NCBI GenBank assembly: GCA_005880985.1
Contig: VBIQ01000006.1
Coordinates: 5,088-69,087 of the forward strand
DNA: 64,000 nucleotides
From: Chloroflexota bacterium
GTDB lineage: Bacteria > Chloroflexota > Dormibacteria > Aeolococcales > Aeolococcaceae
Direction: 5' to 3'
Part shown: positions 40,214-50,827 of the stretch, one piece after another
Layout: each line of letters starts with the position of its first letter
Numbering within the stretch: the stretch's first letter is position 1
Made by a program: the position numbers and the translations under genes
The notes under the pieces: generated by a model
What the model was told of the DNA's origin: nothing
Seen by the model: only the letters and a program-made list of their open reading frames with translations
Database searches by the model: none

Positions 40214-41806
40214 GTGCCCGAGGACGCGCTGATCGCCGAGCGCCGTCGCAAGGTCGACGAGCTGGCGGCGCTTGGCGTCGCCGCGTACAACGTCGACTTC
40301 CGTCCGGACACGACCCTGTCCGAAGCGCTGGCGCGGCTGGCGGCGTTCGAGGAGTCGTCACCCCCGCAACCCGATGGCGGCCCATCCGCCGGGCCCGTGG
40401 TCGCCGTCGCTGGGCGCATCGTCCAGCTCCGCGTCATGGGGCGGATGGTGTTCGCCCACATCGAGGACGAGGAGCAGCGGCTCCAGGTCTGGCTGCGCTA
40501 CGAGCGGCTGGGCGAGGACGCCTGGCGGATGGTGGAGCTGCTCGATCTGGGCGACATCATCGGGGTGCGCGGGCCGATGGCCCGCACCCGGCGGGGAGAG
40601 CCGAGCGTGCTCGCCGACAGCGTGACCCTGCTGGTCAAGGCGCTGCGCCCACCGCCGGAGAAGTACCACGGCCTGCAGGAGCAGGAGACCCGATTGCGCA
40701 AGCGCTACCTCGACCTGCTCGGCAATGCCGACCAGCGCCTGCACTTCTCCCGGCGCACCCACATCGTCGCCGCGGTGCGCCGCACCCTCGACAGCCACCG
40801 CTTCCTCGAGGTGGAGACCCCCATCCTCCAGGCGATTCCCGGCGGCGCCAACGCCCGGCCGTTCATCACCCACTGGAACGCGCTCCACATCGACGTCTAC
40901 CTCCGCATCGCCATCGAGCTGCACCTGAAACGGCTGCTGGTGGGCGGCTACCGTCGCGTCTACGAGATCGGCCGGGTCTTCCGCAACGAAGGTCTGTCAC
41001 CGCGGCACAACCCCGAGTTCACCATGCTCGAGGCCTACGAGGCCTACGGCGACTACCGCATCATGGGCTTGCTCACCGAGGAGATCATCGTCGCCGCCGC
41101 CAACGCCGTCGGTCCGCAAGCGGTTGCCGACGAGGCCGGCGGCTCGCCCGGCAGCAACCCGCTGGCGCGCCGCTACGGAGGCCGCGAGCTCGACCTAAGC
41201 CCGCCGTTCCGCAGCGCCCGCATGGTCGACCTGGTGCGCGAGACGTGCGGCCTCGATGCGATGGCCGCCTGGGACGACGGCCGCCTCGAGGAGGAGGCGC
41301 GGCGGCTCCAGGTCGAGGTGCCGGCCGGGGCCGGCCCCGGTGTCATCCTGATGGCGATCTACGAGCAGCTGGTGGAGCACACCCTCTGGGATCCCACCTT
41401 CGTGCTCGACTACCCCGCCGAGGTCTCCCCCCTGGCGCGACGCCGCAGCGACGATCCCCGGTTCGTCGAGCGCTTCGAGCTGATCGTCGCCGGGCGCGAG
41501 CTGGCCAACGCCTTCTCCGAGCTCAACGACCCCATCGACCAGCGGCGCCGCTTCGAGCAGCAGGCCGGGCTCCGCGCCGCCGGGGACGTCGAGGCGCATC
41601 CCCTCGACGAGGATTTCCTCGAGGCGATCGAGACCGGGATGCCCCCCGCCGGTGGCCTGGGCATCGGCATCGACCGGCTGGTGATGCTGCTCACCGACCG
41701 GGCCAGCATCCGCGAGGTGCTGCTCTTTCCCACCATGCGGCCGCGGCACGCCGCGGGCACAAGTGGACAGCTGCCCGATGTCGGCGGCGAGGAGCTGGAA
41801 GGCTGA
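40214..41806 (+). CDS. lysS: Lysine-tRNA ligase, class II
   Basis: OB-fold N-terminus and class II motifs ([20 protein letters not shown]). Confidence 0.9.
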   Translation: MPEDALIAERRRKVDELAALGVAAYNVDFRPDTTLSEALARLAAFEESSPPQPDGGPSAGPVVAVAGRIVQLRVMGRMVFAHIEDEEQRLQVWLRYERLGEDAWRMVELLDLGDIIGVRGPMARTRRGEPSVLADSVTLLVKALRPPPEKYHGLQEQETRLRKRYLDLLGNADQRLHFSRRTHIVAAVRRTLDSHRFLEVETPILQAIPGGANARPFITHWNALHIDVYLRIAIELHLKRLLVGGYRRVYEIGRVFRNEGLSPRHNPEFTMLEAYEAYGDYRIMGLLTEEIIVAAANAVGPQAVADEAGGSPGSNPLARRYGGRELDLSPPFRSARMVDLVRETCGLDAMAAWDDGRLEEEARRLQVEVPAGAGPGVILMAIYEQLVEHTLWDPTFVLDYPAEVSPLARRRSDDPRFVERFELIVAGRELANAFSELNDPIDQRRRFEQQAGLRAAGDVEAHPLDEDFLEAIETGMPPAGGLGIGIDRLVMLLTDRASIREVLLFPTMRPRHAAGTSGQLPDVGGEELEG

Positions 41807-43062
41807 TGCTCTCCGTCCAGCAGGTGCGCGACAATCCGGAGCGCATCCGCGAGGCGGGCCGGCTCAAGGGGGAGCCCGCGCCCGTCGACGAGATTCTCGA
41901 ACTCGACGAGCAGGCACGGGCGCTGCGCACCCAGGCGGAGACCCTCCGCGCCGAGCAGAACCGGGTGAGCCGCTCGTTCCGCGGGACTCCCGGTGGGCCG
42001 GAGCGTCAGCGGCTGGCCGAGCTGAAAGAGCGGATCCAGGCGCTGCTCGACGACGTCGGCGAGCTGGAGCACCGTCGGGACGAGCTCCTCCTCGAGCTTC
42101 CCAATCCCCCGCACGAGTCGGTCCCGGTGGGCACCAGTGAGGCCGACAACCTGGTGGTGCGCAGCTGGGGTGAGCCGCGACGCTTCGACTTCACTCCGCT
42201 ACCCCACTACGAGCTGGGTGAGCGCCTCGGCATCTTCGACTTCGAGCGCGCCGCCCGGATCTCCGGCAGCCGCTTCGCCGTGGTCCGTGGCGCCGGGGCG
42301 CGTCTCCAGCGCGCCCTCGCCACGTTCATGCTCGATCTGGCCACAACCCGGCACGGCTATACCGAGGTCGCCCCGCCATACCTGGTCCGGCGGGAGGTGA
42401 TGGTGGGAACGGCCCAGCTGCCCAAGTTCGAGGACGACGCCTTCCACACCGAGGGCGACATGTTCCTCATCCCCACCGGAGAGGTCCCGGTGACCAACCT
42501 CTATCGGGAGGAGATCCTCGACGGCCAGCTGCTGCCCATCCGCCACGTCGCCTTCACCCCCTGCTGGCGCCGCGAGGCAGGCGCCGCCGGGAAGGACACC
42601 CGCGGCTATCTCCGTCTCCACCAGTTCGACAAGGTCGAGCTGGTCAAGTTCGTCACTCCCGAGAGCTCGCTCGACGAGCTCGAGAGCCTGGTGAGCGACG
42701 CGGAGACGGTTCTGCAGGAGCTCGGTCTCCACTACCGGGTGGTCCTGATGTGCACCGCCGACATGGGCTTCGCCCAGTGGAAGAAGTACGACCTCGAGGC
42801 CTGGGCGCCGGGTCTGGAGCGCCACCTCGAAGTGTCGTCGTGCAGCGTCTTCGCCGACTTCCAGGCGCGGCGAGCCAACATCCGCTTCCGCGCCGCCGCC
42901 GGGGAGCGGCCGCGCTTCGTCCACACCCTCAACGGCAGCGCCCTGGCGCTGCCACGCACGGTCGCCGCGCTGCTGGAGTCCTACCAGGAGAGCGACGGGA
43001 CGGTCACCATCCCCGCCGCCCTCCGGCCCTACCTCGACGGTCTGGAACGGCTGACCCCGTGA
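41806..43062 (+). CDS. serS: Serine-tRNA ligase
   Basis: Coiled-coil N-arm plus class II motifs ([14 protein letters not shown]-type motif 3). Start overlaps the lysS stop. Confidence 0.9.
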   Translation: MLSVQQVRDNPERIREAGRLKGEPAPVDEILELDEQARALRTQAETLRAEQNRVSRSFRGTPGGPERQRLAELKERIQALLDDVGELEHRRDELLLELPNPPHESVPVGTSEADNLVVRSWGEPRRFDFTPLPHYELGERLGIFDFERAARISGSRFAVVRGAGARLQRALATFMLDLATTRHGYTEVAPPYLVRREVMVGTAQLPKFEDDAFHTEGDMFLIPTGEVPVTNLYREEILDGQLLPIRHVAFTPCWRREAGAAGKDTRGYLRLHQFDKVELVKFVTPESSLDELESLVSDAETVLQELGLHYRVVLMCTADMGFAQWKKYDLEAWAPGLERHLEVSSCSVFADFQARRANIRFRAAAGERPRFVHTLNGSALALPRTVAALLESYQESDGTVTIPAALRPYLDGLERLTP

Positions 43063-43559
43063 CCGACGCGGACCAGGCGCGGGAGCTCGACGAGCTCGAT
43101 GGGCTCTGGCTGAACGACCGCAGCGAGTTCCAGCAGAACTTCGTCCACGGACTGCGCAATCCCATCGGACTGCACATCCAGTACCGCCTCGAGGAGCGGC
43201 TGGTGGTCGGTGACTGGACCGCGGACGAGCGCCACGTCGGCTTCCCCGGCGTCGTCCACGGCGGCCTGCTCGCGGCGATCCTCGACGACGTGATGGGGCG
43301 CTGGTCGGCGATGCGTCATCGCTGGGTGGTGACGGCGCGGATGGAGACCCGGTTCCGGGTCCCGGCGCCGGTGGGGGTGGCGCTGCGGATCGAGGCGTGG
43401 GTGACCCGCGAGCGGACCCGCACCCTGCAGGCCGAGTCGCGCATCCTTCTGCCCGACGGCGCCGTCGTGGTCGAGGCGACGGCGACCTACCTCGCGATCA
43501 CCGGCGCGCTTCGGGAACGCATGGTCGCCGCCTGGCCGGGGTTCGCCGGCTTCGCGTAG
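43059..43559 (+). CDS. PaaI-family hotdog thioesterase
   Basis: [17 protein letters not shown] hotdog active-site segment. GTG overlaps the serS stop. Confidence 0.7.
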   Translation: MTDADQARELDELDGLWLNDRSEFQQNFVHGLRNPIGLHIQYRLEERLVVGDWTADERHVGFPGVVHGGLLAAILDDVMGRWSAMRHRWVVTARMETRFRVPAPVGVALRIEAWVTRERTRTLQAESRILLPDGAVVVEATATYLAITGALRERMVAAWPGFAGFA

Positions 43560-43619
43560 GACGAGCCGGCTCTCCGAAGTCCTACAGTCGTTCTCGTACC
43601 CCCCGCCCCGAGGAGATCG

Positions 43620-44057
43620 ATGATGACGGTTGCCACGCCGACCAAGGTGCTGTACACGGCCGAGGCTGTCGCCACCGGGGATGGCCGCGGCGGGCATGTC
43701 CGCAGCTCCGACGGCCTTCTCGACATCGACCTTGCGCTGCCGCTCGAGCTGGCCGGGCCGGGAGGCCACACCAACCCCGAGCAGCTCTTCGCAGCCGGCT
43801 ACGCGGCCTGCTTCCACAGCGCGCTGAAGCTCGTCGCCCGCCGGCTCGAGGTCGACGTCACCGACAGCACCGTGACCGCACGAGTCGGCCTCGGCGCCGG
43901 CGGCGACGGCGGCTTCGTGCTCACCGTTGCGCTCGGAGTCCACCTCCCCAACGCTGACGCGGGCCAGGCGCAGCGGGCCGCCGACGCCGCCCACAAGGTG
44001 TGCCCCTACTCGAACGCGACCCGCGGCAACATCGACGTCACCGTGTCCGTCGTGTGA
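43620..44057 (+). CDS. ohr: OsmC/Ohr family peroxiredoxin (organic hydroperoxide resistance)
   Basis: Two conserved Cys regions (AAGYAACF and KVCPYSNAT) typical of Ohr. Confidence 0.85.
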   Translation: MMTVATPTKVLYTAEAVATGDGRGGHVRSSDGLLDIDLALPLELAGPGGHTNPEQLFAAGYAACFHSALKLVARRLEVDVTDSTVTARVGLGAGGDGGFVLTVALGVHLPNADAGQAQRAADAAHKVCPYSNATRGNIDVTVSVV

Positions 44058-44079
44058 GCCGTCCGGTGCCGCCATCGCG

Positions 44080-44757
44080 TTGAGCGCACCCGGCGTCTCC
44101 GCTCTCCTCTTCGACGTCGATGGCACCCTCCTCGACAGTGTCTATCAGCACGTTCTCGCCTGGCACGAGGCGCTGCAGGAGGAGCACATCGAGCTGTCGG
44201 TGTGGCGCATCCACCGCCGCGTCGGCATGAGCGGCGGGTTGTTCGTGGACGCGCTGGCGCGAGAGACCGGGGCCTCGATCGACGCGGCGCGGGCGGAGCG
44301 GCTGCGCCGGCGGCACGCTCAGGGTCTGCTGGCGCGGCTGGCGGAGATCCGGCCCCTGCCCGGCGCGATCGCCCTGCTGACGCATCTGCACAATCTCGGC
44401 ATGCCCTTCGCCCTGGCGACCAGTGGCCGGCGCGAGACCGCCGACCAGACCATCTCCCTCCTCCATCTGCCGGGGGGCGTTCCCGTCGTCACCCGCGACG
44501 ACGTGGTGCGGGCCAAGCCCGACCCCGACCTCTTCCTCGCCGCCGCCGACCGCCTCGGCGTCCCCGCCACCGGCTGCTTCGTCGTCGGCGACAGCGTCTG
44601 GGACCTGCTCGCAGCCCAGCGGGCGCGAGCGCTCGGCGTCGGCCTGCTCTCGGGCGGATACGGACGCGACGAGCTGGAGCGCGCCGGAGCCTATCGCGTC
44701 TACAGCGATCCCGCCGACCTGCTGGCGCACCTCGACGAGATCGGAGTGCGAGGGTAG
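44080..44757 (+). CDS. HAD-superfamily hydrolase (phosphatase, subfamily IA)
   Basis: Motif I LFDVDGTL, motif II ATSG and motif III VVGDSVWD. Probable TTG start. Confidence 0.7.
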   Translation: MSAPGVSALLFDVDGTLLDSVYQHVLAWHEALQEEHIELSVWRIHRRVGMSGGLFVDALARETGASIDAARAERLRRRHAQGLLARLAEIRPLPGAIALLTHLHNLGMPFALATSGRRETADQTISLLHLPGGVPVVTRDDVVRAKPDPDLFLAAADRLGVPATGCFVVGDSVWDLLAAQRARALGVGLLSGGYGRDELERAGAYRVYSDPADLLAHLDEIGVRG

Positions 44758-44779
44758 TCGGGTGCCACAGAATCACCCC

Positions 44780-45610
44780 ATGCGATTCGGTCTCGACATC
44801 GCCCAGCAGCGGCTGGAGTGGTCGGAGATCGTCGACCGCGCCCGCCTTGCCGAGGAGCTGGGCTTCGACGGCGTCTGGGGCTTCGACCATTTCAAGCCGA
44901 TGTACGGCGAGGGCCCGGGCAACTGCTTCGAGGGGATGTCGACTCTCGCCGCGCTTGCGACCGCGACAAGCCGCGTGCGGTTGGGACTGCTGGTCACCGG
45001 GGTGACCTATCGCCATCCCTCGGTGCTCGCCGCCGAGGCGGTCACCATCGACCATGCGTCCAAGGGCCGGCTCGAGCTCTCCTTGGGAGCGGCGTGGTTC
45101 GCCGAGGAACATGAGCAGCTGGGTATCCCCTTGCCGCCCCTGCGCGAGCGCATCGACCGGCTCGAGGACGCGCTCGAGGTCATCCGCCGTCTGTTCACCG
45201 GTGAGGAGGTCTCCTACACCGGGCGCACCCTGTCGCTCGACCACGCCCGCCTGCTGCCACGCCCGGTGCAGCAACCGCATCCCCCCGTCTGGATCGGTGC
45301 CTCCGGTGAGCAGCGGATGCTTCCCCTCGCCGGCCGGCTGGCCGACGCCTGGCATTGCTTTGGTGGTCCCGAGACCCTGCGGCGTAAATGGGCGGTGGTG
45401 GCCCGGGCGGCGGAGGCGGCCGGACGCGATCCAGGGGCGATCCTCCGGGCCGGCTCGCTCTCAATCAGCGGAGACCTCAATGCGGTGCGACGCTTCATCG
45501 ACGCGCAGGTCGCGGAAGGAACGGGATATCTGGTGTGTGGCTGGCCGACCGAGGGCCGTGCTCGCGTCGAGGAGTTCGCTCAGCGGGTGATGTCAGACGC
45601 CGCTGGCTGA
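44780..45610 (+). CDS. Luciferase-like monooxygenase family oxidoreductase (probably F420-dependent)
   Basis: MRFGLDIAQQ...GFDGVWGFDHF...LGLLVTGVTYRHP, the LLM TIM-barrel pattern. Confidence 0.75.
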   Translation: MRFGLDIAQQRLEWSEIVDRARLAEELGFDGVWGFDHFKPMYGEGPGNCFEGMSTLAALATATSRVRLGLLVTGVTYRHPSVLAAEAVTIDHASKGRLELSLGAAWFAEEHEQLGIPLPPLRERIDRLEDALEVIRRLFTGEEVSYTGRTLSLDHARLLPRPVQQPHPPVWIGASGEQRMLPLAGRLADAWHCFGGPETLRRKWAVVARAAEAAGRDPGAILRAGSLSISGDLNAVRRFIDAQVAEGTGYLVCGWPTEGRARVEEFAQRVMSDAAG

Positions 45611-45649
45611 CCGATCGAGCGGAGCAACCGCGGCGGGCGGCGGTCGAGG

Positions 45650-46324
45650 GTGATCGTGCCGGCGGAGCGACTCGACCTCTGGCTCGCCGGCTTCGCGGAG
45701 CGACACGGCTCTCTGCAGTGGACGGCCACGCCGGAGCAGGTGGTGGTGACCGGTGCCGACGGATGCACCGCCGAGTGCGAGGTGCCGTTCCCACCGCTTG
45801 CGCCGGATGAGGGCGCTCCGTTCGCTGGTCTGGTCGCGCACGCGTGCGCGGAGCGCAGCGTCGGGGTGGTGCTGGTCCGCCTGGGGGGCTACGCGGTCGG
45901 GGTGTTCCGTCGGTCGCAGCTGGTCGCCTCCAAGGTGGGATCGCGCCCGGTCCACGGCCGCGCCGCCGCCGGCGGCTGGTCGCAGAAGCGATTCGCCCGC
46001 CGGCGCGAGGGACAGGCGCGCGTCGCCCTCGAGGCCGCGGCGGACGCGGCCGCGCGTGTCGTGGCTCCGGTTGCCGGCAGCCTCGATGCCGTCGTCACCG
46101 GCGGAGACCGCCACGCGGTGGAGGCGGTGCTCGGCGACGCGCGTCTCGGGGTCCTGCTTCCGCTGCGGGCCGGCCGCCTGCTCGACGTGCCGGAGCCGAG
46201 GCAGAGGACGCTTGCGGAGGTGTTTCGGCGGAGCAGCGCGGTGCGCATTCGCATCGTCGAATCGCCGCTTCACCGGCACGGCAAGGAGAAGGAGGAGGAG
46301 CAGCCGCCGCAACACGAAATGTGA
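45650..46324 (+). CDS. eRF1/Vms1-like release-factor-fold protein (acVLRF1-like, putative peptidyl-tRNA hydrolase)
   Basis: 224 aa with GGWSQKRFARRREGQ. This has a GxxQ catalytic-loop pattern followed by an RFAR motif, as in eRF1 (GGQSALRFARL) and Vms1/ANKZF1. Basic C-terminal tail. Confidence 0.5.
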   Translation: MIVPAERLDLWLAGFAERHGSLQWTATPEQVVVTGADGCTAECEVPFPPLAPDEGAPFAGLVAHACAERSVGVVLVRLGGYAVGVFRRSQLVASKVGSRPVHGRAAAGGWSQKRFARRREGQARVALEAAADAAARVVAPVAGSLDAVVTGGDRHAVEAVLGDARLGVLLPLRAGRLLDVPEPRQRTLAEVFRRSSAVRIRIVESPLHRHGKEKEEEQPPQHEM

Positions 46325-46368
46325 CCGTTTCGGCGCGAGCGCTGCGGTGAGCGCCGTGCGCCGGCGGC

Positions 46369-47007
46369 TCAGCTGTGTCGCGCCGAACCGGAGAAGGCTG
46401 CGACGGCGCCGAGGGTGACGTAGACGCCGCCGGTGACATACCGCTGCCGCCGTGCCCGCAGCAGCCGCCGGCGCAGCCAGCCACCGGCGGCGGAGCCGAC
46501 CAGAGCGTAGGTCCCGTCGCTGCAGAGCCCCAGCGCCATGAAGATGCCCCCGAGCATGAGGACCTGCAGCGCGACGCGTCCCTTCGCGGGGTCGACGAAC
46601 TGGGGAAGGAAGGCGAGAAAGAAGAGCGCGGTCTTCGGATTGAGCACGTTGACCACCGCTCCCTGGGCGACGATCCGCGGCAGTGGCGCCCGGGCTCGGG
46701 GAGCGGCGTCGACGGGGGCTTCGTGTGTGAGGATGCGCCGCAGTCCAATGACGATGAGATAGGCGGCGCCCGCCAGCTTGACGGCGGTGAATGCCCCACT
46801 CGAGGCGACGAGCAATGCCGACAGGCCCAGCGCCGCGGCGGTGACGTGCACCGAGGTGCCGATATGGACGCCGAGCACCGAGGCGAGGCCGGCGGTGCGC
46901 CCCTCGTCGACGCTGCGGGTCACGATGTACAGGACTGAGGGGCCGGGGATCACCAGCAGGGTGAGGGCGGCGACCCCGAAGAGGGTGACCATCGACGCTC
47001 CGGGCAT
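46369..47007 (-). CDS. LysE/RhtB-family amino-acid exporter
   Basis: About 212 aa, six predicted TM helices, N-terminal LLVIPGPSVLYIV motif. Confidence 0.8.
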   Translation of the reverse strand: MPGASMVTLFGVAALTLLVIPGPSVLYIVTRSVDEGRTAGLASVLGVHIGTSVHVTAAALGLSALLVASSGAFTAVKLAGAAYLIVIGLRRILTHEAPVDAAPRARAPLPRIVAQGAVVNVLNPKTALFFLAFLPQFVDPAKGRVALQVLMLGGIFMALGLCSDGTYALVGSAAGGWLRRRLLRARRQRYVTGGVYVTLGAVAAFSGSARHS

Positions 47008-47057
47008 AAGGGCACAGCCTACCGCGCCCTCGGCCGGCCGTTCGCTGCGGTGGTGGC

Positions 47058-47825
47058 TCAGTCGACCTGCTCGGTGGGGCGGACGAGCAGCTCGTTGAGG
47101 GCGACGCGGCGCGGTCGCGTCACCATGAAGGTGACGATCTCGGCGATGTCGCCGGCGCTCATGCGCTCGATGGCGCCGAAGCGGCGCTGCATGGTGGCGA
47201 CCACCTCGGGGTCGGTGTTGTGCGAGGCGAGCTCGGTGTCGACCGCTCCCGGCTCGACCAGACCGACTCGCACGTGCCGGCCGGTCACCTCCTGCCGCAG
47301 GGCGTCGCTGAAGGCGTTGACCGCCCACTTGCTGGCGTTGTAGGCGCCGCTGCCGACCCGGGCGACCCGTCCCGCGACGCTGCTGACGTTGACGATGTCG
47401 GCGACGCCGCGCGGCTCGCCCGCGGCTGCCTCGAGCAGATGGGGGAGGGCGGCGTGAGTCAGCGTCATCAGGGCGGTGACGTTGAGGTCGAGCATGCGCC
47501 GCCACTGCGAGGTGTCGGCACCCTCGATGCGGCCCAGCAGCATGACCCCGGCGTTGTTGAGGAGGATGTCCAGCCTCCCGAGCTCGCTCACCGTCCGCCG
47601 CACCGCCTCCCGGGCGTCGTTCTCCTTGGTGACGTCGGTCTCGATGACCAGCGCGGTGCCGCCGGCACCACCGATGCGCGCGGCGAGGTCGTCGAGCCGG
47701 TCGCGACGGCGGGCGACCAGGGCCACGGCCGCGCCCTCGGCGGCGAAGGCGGCCGCGCTTGCCTCTCCGATGCCGCTCGAGGCGCCGGTGACGAGGGCGA
47801 CCGTTCCGGTCAGTGACGCGGACAT
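47058..47825 (-). CDS. Short-chain dehydrogenase/reductase (classical SDR)
   Basis: TGASSGIG cofactor motif, NNAG, and catalytic S...YNASK. Confidence 0.85.
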   Translation of the reverse strand: MSASLTGTVALVTGASSGIGEASAAAFAAEGAAVALVARRRDRLDDLAARIGGAGGTALVIETDVTKENDAREAVRRTVSELGRLDILLNNAGVMLLGRIEGADTSQWRRMLDLNVTALMTLTHAALPHLLEAAAGEPRGVADIVNVSSVAGRVARVGSGAYNASKWAVNAFSDALRQEVTGRHVRVGLVEPGAVDTELASHNTDPEVVATMQRRFGAIERMSAGDIAEIVTFMVTRPRRVALNELLVRPTEQVD

Positions 47826-47852
47826 CGCTGCAGCTGCACGACCTCGGTCCGC

Positions 47853-49274
47853 CTAGTCCTCGAGGGCGTGCCAGAGCCGCGGCGCGATCAGCTCGTTCGC
47901 CTCGGCGGGTCCCAGGCTGCCGGCCGTATAGGGAACGATCGGCGGCGGCGCTTCGAGCACCGGGGTGACGACCTCCCAGCCGCGCACCACCTCCGGCTCG
48001 CTGATGAACAGGGTGTGGTCGCCGACCATCGCGTCGTGGAGCAGCCGTTCGTAGGACTCGGGTGGGGTCAGCTTGAAGGATTCGCCGTAGCTGAAGTCCA
48101 TCTCCACCTTCTGGGTTGTGACGACGGGGCCCGGTTCCTTGAGCACGAAGGTCAGCGAGATGCCCTCGTTGGGCTGGATGCGGATGTGCAGCTTCTGGGA
48201 GACGAGCCGCTTGACCTCGGTCGTCTCGAAGAAGTTGAGGGGTGCGTCGCGGAAGACGATGACGATGCGGGTCTCCCGCCGGGCGAGCCGCTTCCCGGTG
48301 CGGAGATAGAAATGGGTCCCGCCCCAGCGCCAGGAGTCGATGTTCATCCGCAGCGCCGTGTAGGTCTCGGTGGCGGAATCGGGATTGACGCCCTCCTCCT
48401 CGCGGTAGCCGGCAACCGTGCTGCCGTCGATCGAACCCGCGGTGTACTGCCCGCGGATCACGTCGGCGGGGTCGATCGGCCGGGCGGCGGCGAGCAGTTT
48501 CGCCTTCTCGGCCCGGATCGCCTCCGGCGTCATCCGCACCGGCGCCTCCATCGCGATCAGGGCGAGCAGCTGGAAGAGATGGTTCTGGACGATGTCGCGA
48601 AGCGCGCCCGTCTCCTCGTAGAAGCGGCCGCGCCGCCCCACCCCCTCGGTTTCGGCGACGGTGATCTCGATGCGGTGGATCCCGTCGTTGTTCCACTCGC
48701 GCTCGAAGAGCGGGTTGGCGAAACGGAAGACGAGGAGGTTCTGGACCGTCTCCTTGCCGAGGTAGTGGTCGATGCGGAAGACCCGCTCCTCGGGGAAGAC
48801 CTCGTGGATGGTGTGGTTGAGCTGCTGCGCCGAGGGCAGGTCGTGCCCGAACGGCTTCTCCACCACCAGCGAGGTGCCGTCGGCGAGGTCGACCCCTCCC
48901 AGTCCCTGGACGATGGTCGGCACCGACGAGGGCGGCACCGACAGGTAGACGAGGCGGCGGTCCAGATCGAGGACGCGGCGCAGGTCGGCCAATCCGTCGC
49001 CGTTGCCGGCGACGAAACGCAGCCGTGCCGACAGCCGGTCCCAGATGCGCTCGTCGAGGCCGGTGCGGCTGTGGAACGACACCGCCTTGAGGGCGTGGAC
49101 CCGGAAGTCCTGGTCGGTCCAGTCGTTGAGGGCGAAGCCGACGATGTTGCCCCGCTGCGGGAGCAGGTTCTCGCGTTCGAGGTTATAGAAGGCGGGGAGC
49201 AGCCGCCGCGTCGCCAGGTCGCCGGTGGCGCCGATGACGACGATGTCCTGGTCGGGCGGAGTGCTCAGGGCCAT
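47853..49274 (-). CDS. zwf: Glucose-6-phosphate dehydrogenase
   Basis: GATGDLA NADP-binding motif, RIDHYLGKE active-site motif, and EKPFG. ATG preceded by GGTGGGGA. Confidence 0.9.
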   Translation of the reverse strand: MALSTPPDQDIVVIGATGDLATRRLLPAFYNLERENLLPQRGNIVGFALNDWTDQDFRVHALKAVSFHSRTGLDERIWDRLSARLRFVAGNGDGLADLRRVLDLDRRLVYLSVPPSSVPTIVQGLGGVDLADGTSLVVEKPFGHDLPSAQQLNHTIHEVFPEERVFRIDHYLGKETVQNLLVFRFANPLFEREWNNDGIHRIEITVAETEGVGRRGRFYEETGALRDIVQNHLFQLLALIAMEAPVRMTPEAIRAEKAKLLAAARPIDPADVIRGQYTAGSIDGSTVAGYREEEGVNPDSATETYTALRMNIDSWRWGGTHFYLRTGKRLARRETRIVIVFRDAPLNFFETTEVKRLVSQKLHIRIQPNEGISLTFVLKEPGPVVTTQKVEMDFSYGESFKLTPPESYERLLHDAMVGDHTLFISEPEVVRGWEVVTPVLEAPPPIVPYTAGSLGPAEANELIAPRLWHALED

Positions 49275-49319
49275 GCGCGTCCCCACCATACCCGGCCCGG
49301 CGGGCGCGAGCCTAGGGGA

Positions 49320-50123
49320 TCAGACGGGCTCGCTCCCCGCCCTCCGCCGCCAGGCCGTCACCCCGGCTCCGATCCCGCCGGCGGCCAGCAGCACCAACGC
49401 GATGATCAGTCCGACCGGGGCACCGCCGCCCGTGGAGCCGGGCGTGGCGGCGATCCCCGGCGCCGGAGACGAGCCCGACGGCGAGGCCTGTGCCAGCGGC
49501 TGGTTGGCGCTGCTGGAGGCCGCTGACCCGGTGGATGTCGCGGCAGCGCTGGTCGACGTCCTGGCGACCTGAGCCGGTGACGGACTCGACGGTGCGTGCA
49601 CCGTCGCAGTCGAGGGAGCCGCGCTCGCCGGCGGTCGGGCGGTCGGCGGCGGCGCGGTCGGCGGCGACGGTGGGGGTCCGGTGACGGTGACCGTGCCGTG
49701 CATCGCCGCGTAGCCGTGGATGGTGCAGTAGTAGACGTAGCTTCCCGCCCCGCTGAAGCTGATCGATGCCTGACCACCGGGGTTGACGGTGCCGCTGTCG
49801 AAGCTCGGCGGAGCGGTGCCGGAGCCGCCCCCGGTGCCGCATGCGGAGGTGGTGCAGCGGGTGACGGTGTGAGACACCGCCGAGCGGTTGCTCCAGGTGA
49901 CCGCGCTGCCCGAGCTCACGGCCACGGAGTTGGGGGTGTAGCAGTACATGTTGCCCTGCCCGCCGGCGTTGGGTACACAGCCGTTGCTGCCGGGGCCGTC
50001 GATCGCGACCGACGCCCCGGCGGCCGCCGCGGGGTGCACCGACGGCGGCGCGAGGACCAATCCGACCGTCAGCGCGAGCAGCCCGCCGCTCGCCCGCATG
50101 CGAATGACCAGCACGCGTCGCAT
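49320..50123 (-). CDS. Membrane-anchored cupredoxin (blue-copper) domain protein
   Basis: Signal peptide; cupredoxin ligand pattern H(SHTV)...YYCTIHGYAAMHG (Cys-x2-His-x4-Met). Long P/S/T/A-rich linker and a C-terminal TM helix (GLIIALVLLAAGGIGAGV). Confidence 0.7.
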   Translation of the reverse strand: MRRVLVIRMRASGGLLALTVGLVLAPPSVHPAAAAGASVAIDGPGSNGCVPNAGGQGNMYCYTPNSVAVSSGSAVTWSNRSAVSHTVTRCTTSACGTGGGSGTAPPSFDSGTVNPGGQASISFSGAGSYVYYCTIHGYAAMHGTVTVTGPPPSPPTAPPPTARPPASAAPSTATVHAPSSPSPAQVARTSTSAAATSTGSAASSSANQPLAQASPSGSSPAPGIAATPGSTGGGAPVGLIIALVLLAAGGIGAGVTAWRRRAGSEPV

Positions 50124-50224
50124 CCGGCAGCCACCTCCGTCGATGCGCGGGCACAGAAGAGCGTCCGCCGCCGCCTCTTGGGGATACCCGGCCGCGTTAC
50201 GCCGCGGGAGGCTGGTCCGCCGGC

Positions 50225-50740
50225 TCAGGGCCCGACCGGACCCGGGCCGGCCTCGCCCTCGCCGCCGGCGCGGGTCCAGCTCTCGATCGATTCCCGAGCC
50301 GCCGCCGAGGCGCGCACCCAGTGCGCGGGATCGACCCGCACGAAGAGGCCCCTCGCCTGGGCGTGCACCGTGCCCTCACGCTCCAGCTCGGCTTCCGCCC
50401 ACACCTTGCGGCCCTCCTGGCTGAGGATGCGGGCCGCGGCTCCGAAGTCGAGCTCCAGGGGTACCGGCCGGCGGTAGTCGACCTCCAGCCGCGCGGTCAC
50501 CATCGGCACCCCCAGCCGATAGAGCAGGTAGCCGAGCACGTCGTCGAGGACGGCGGCGACGATGCCCCCGTGGGCCACCCCCGGCCCGCCCTCGTGGCGG
50601 CGCTCAAGACGAACGCTCCCCGCCACGCCCTCCTCGGTCATGTGGCACCGCAGGTGCAGCCCCGACTCGTTGCGCGGTCCGCAGCCGAAGCAGTTGGGAT
50701 GGTGTGGCGGCAGCCGTTCACCGACCTCGAAGAGGCGCAT
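50225..50740 (-). CDS. Hotdog-fold thioesterase (PaaI/4HBT-like)
   Basis: NCFGCGPRN matches the (H/N)CFVCG motif. Central GVAHGGIVAAVLDDVLG hotdog helix. Confidence 0.65.
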   Translation of the reverse strand: MRLFEVGERLPPHHPNCFGCGPRNESGLHLRCHMTEEGVAGSVRLERRHEGGPGVAHGGIVAAVLDDVLGYLLYRLGVPMVTARLEVDYRRPVPLELDFGAAARILSQEGRKVWAEAELEREGTVHAQARGLFVRVDPAHWVRASAAARESIESWTRAGGEGEAGPGPVGP

Positions 50741-50827
50741 CGGCGGCCGATGGTAGGCGCTGGGCCGGCGGCCCCGTCCCCGGCCGAGGCGGCCCCGCGG
50801 CCTGGCTCGCCACAATGGAGTCAGCCC

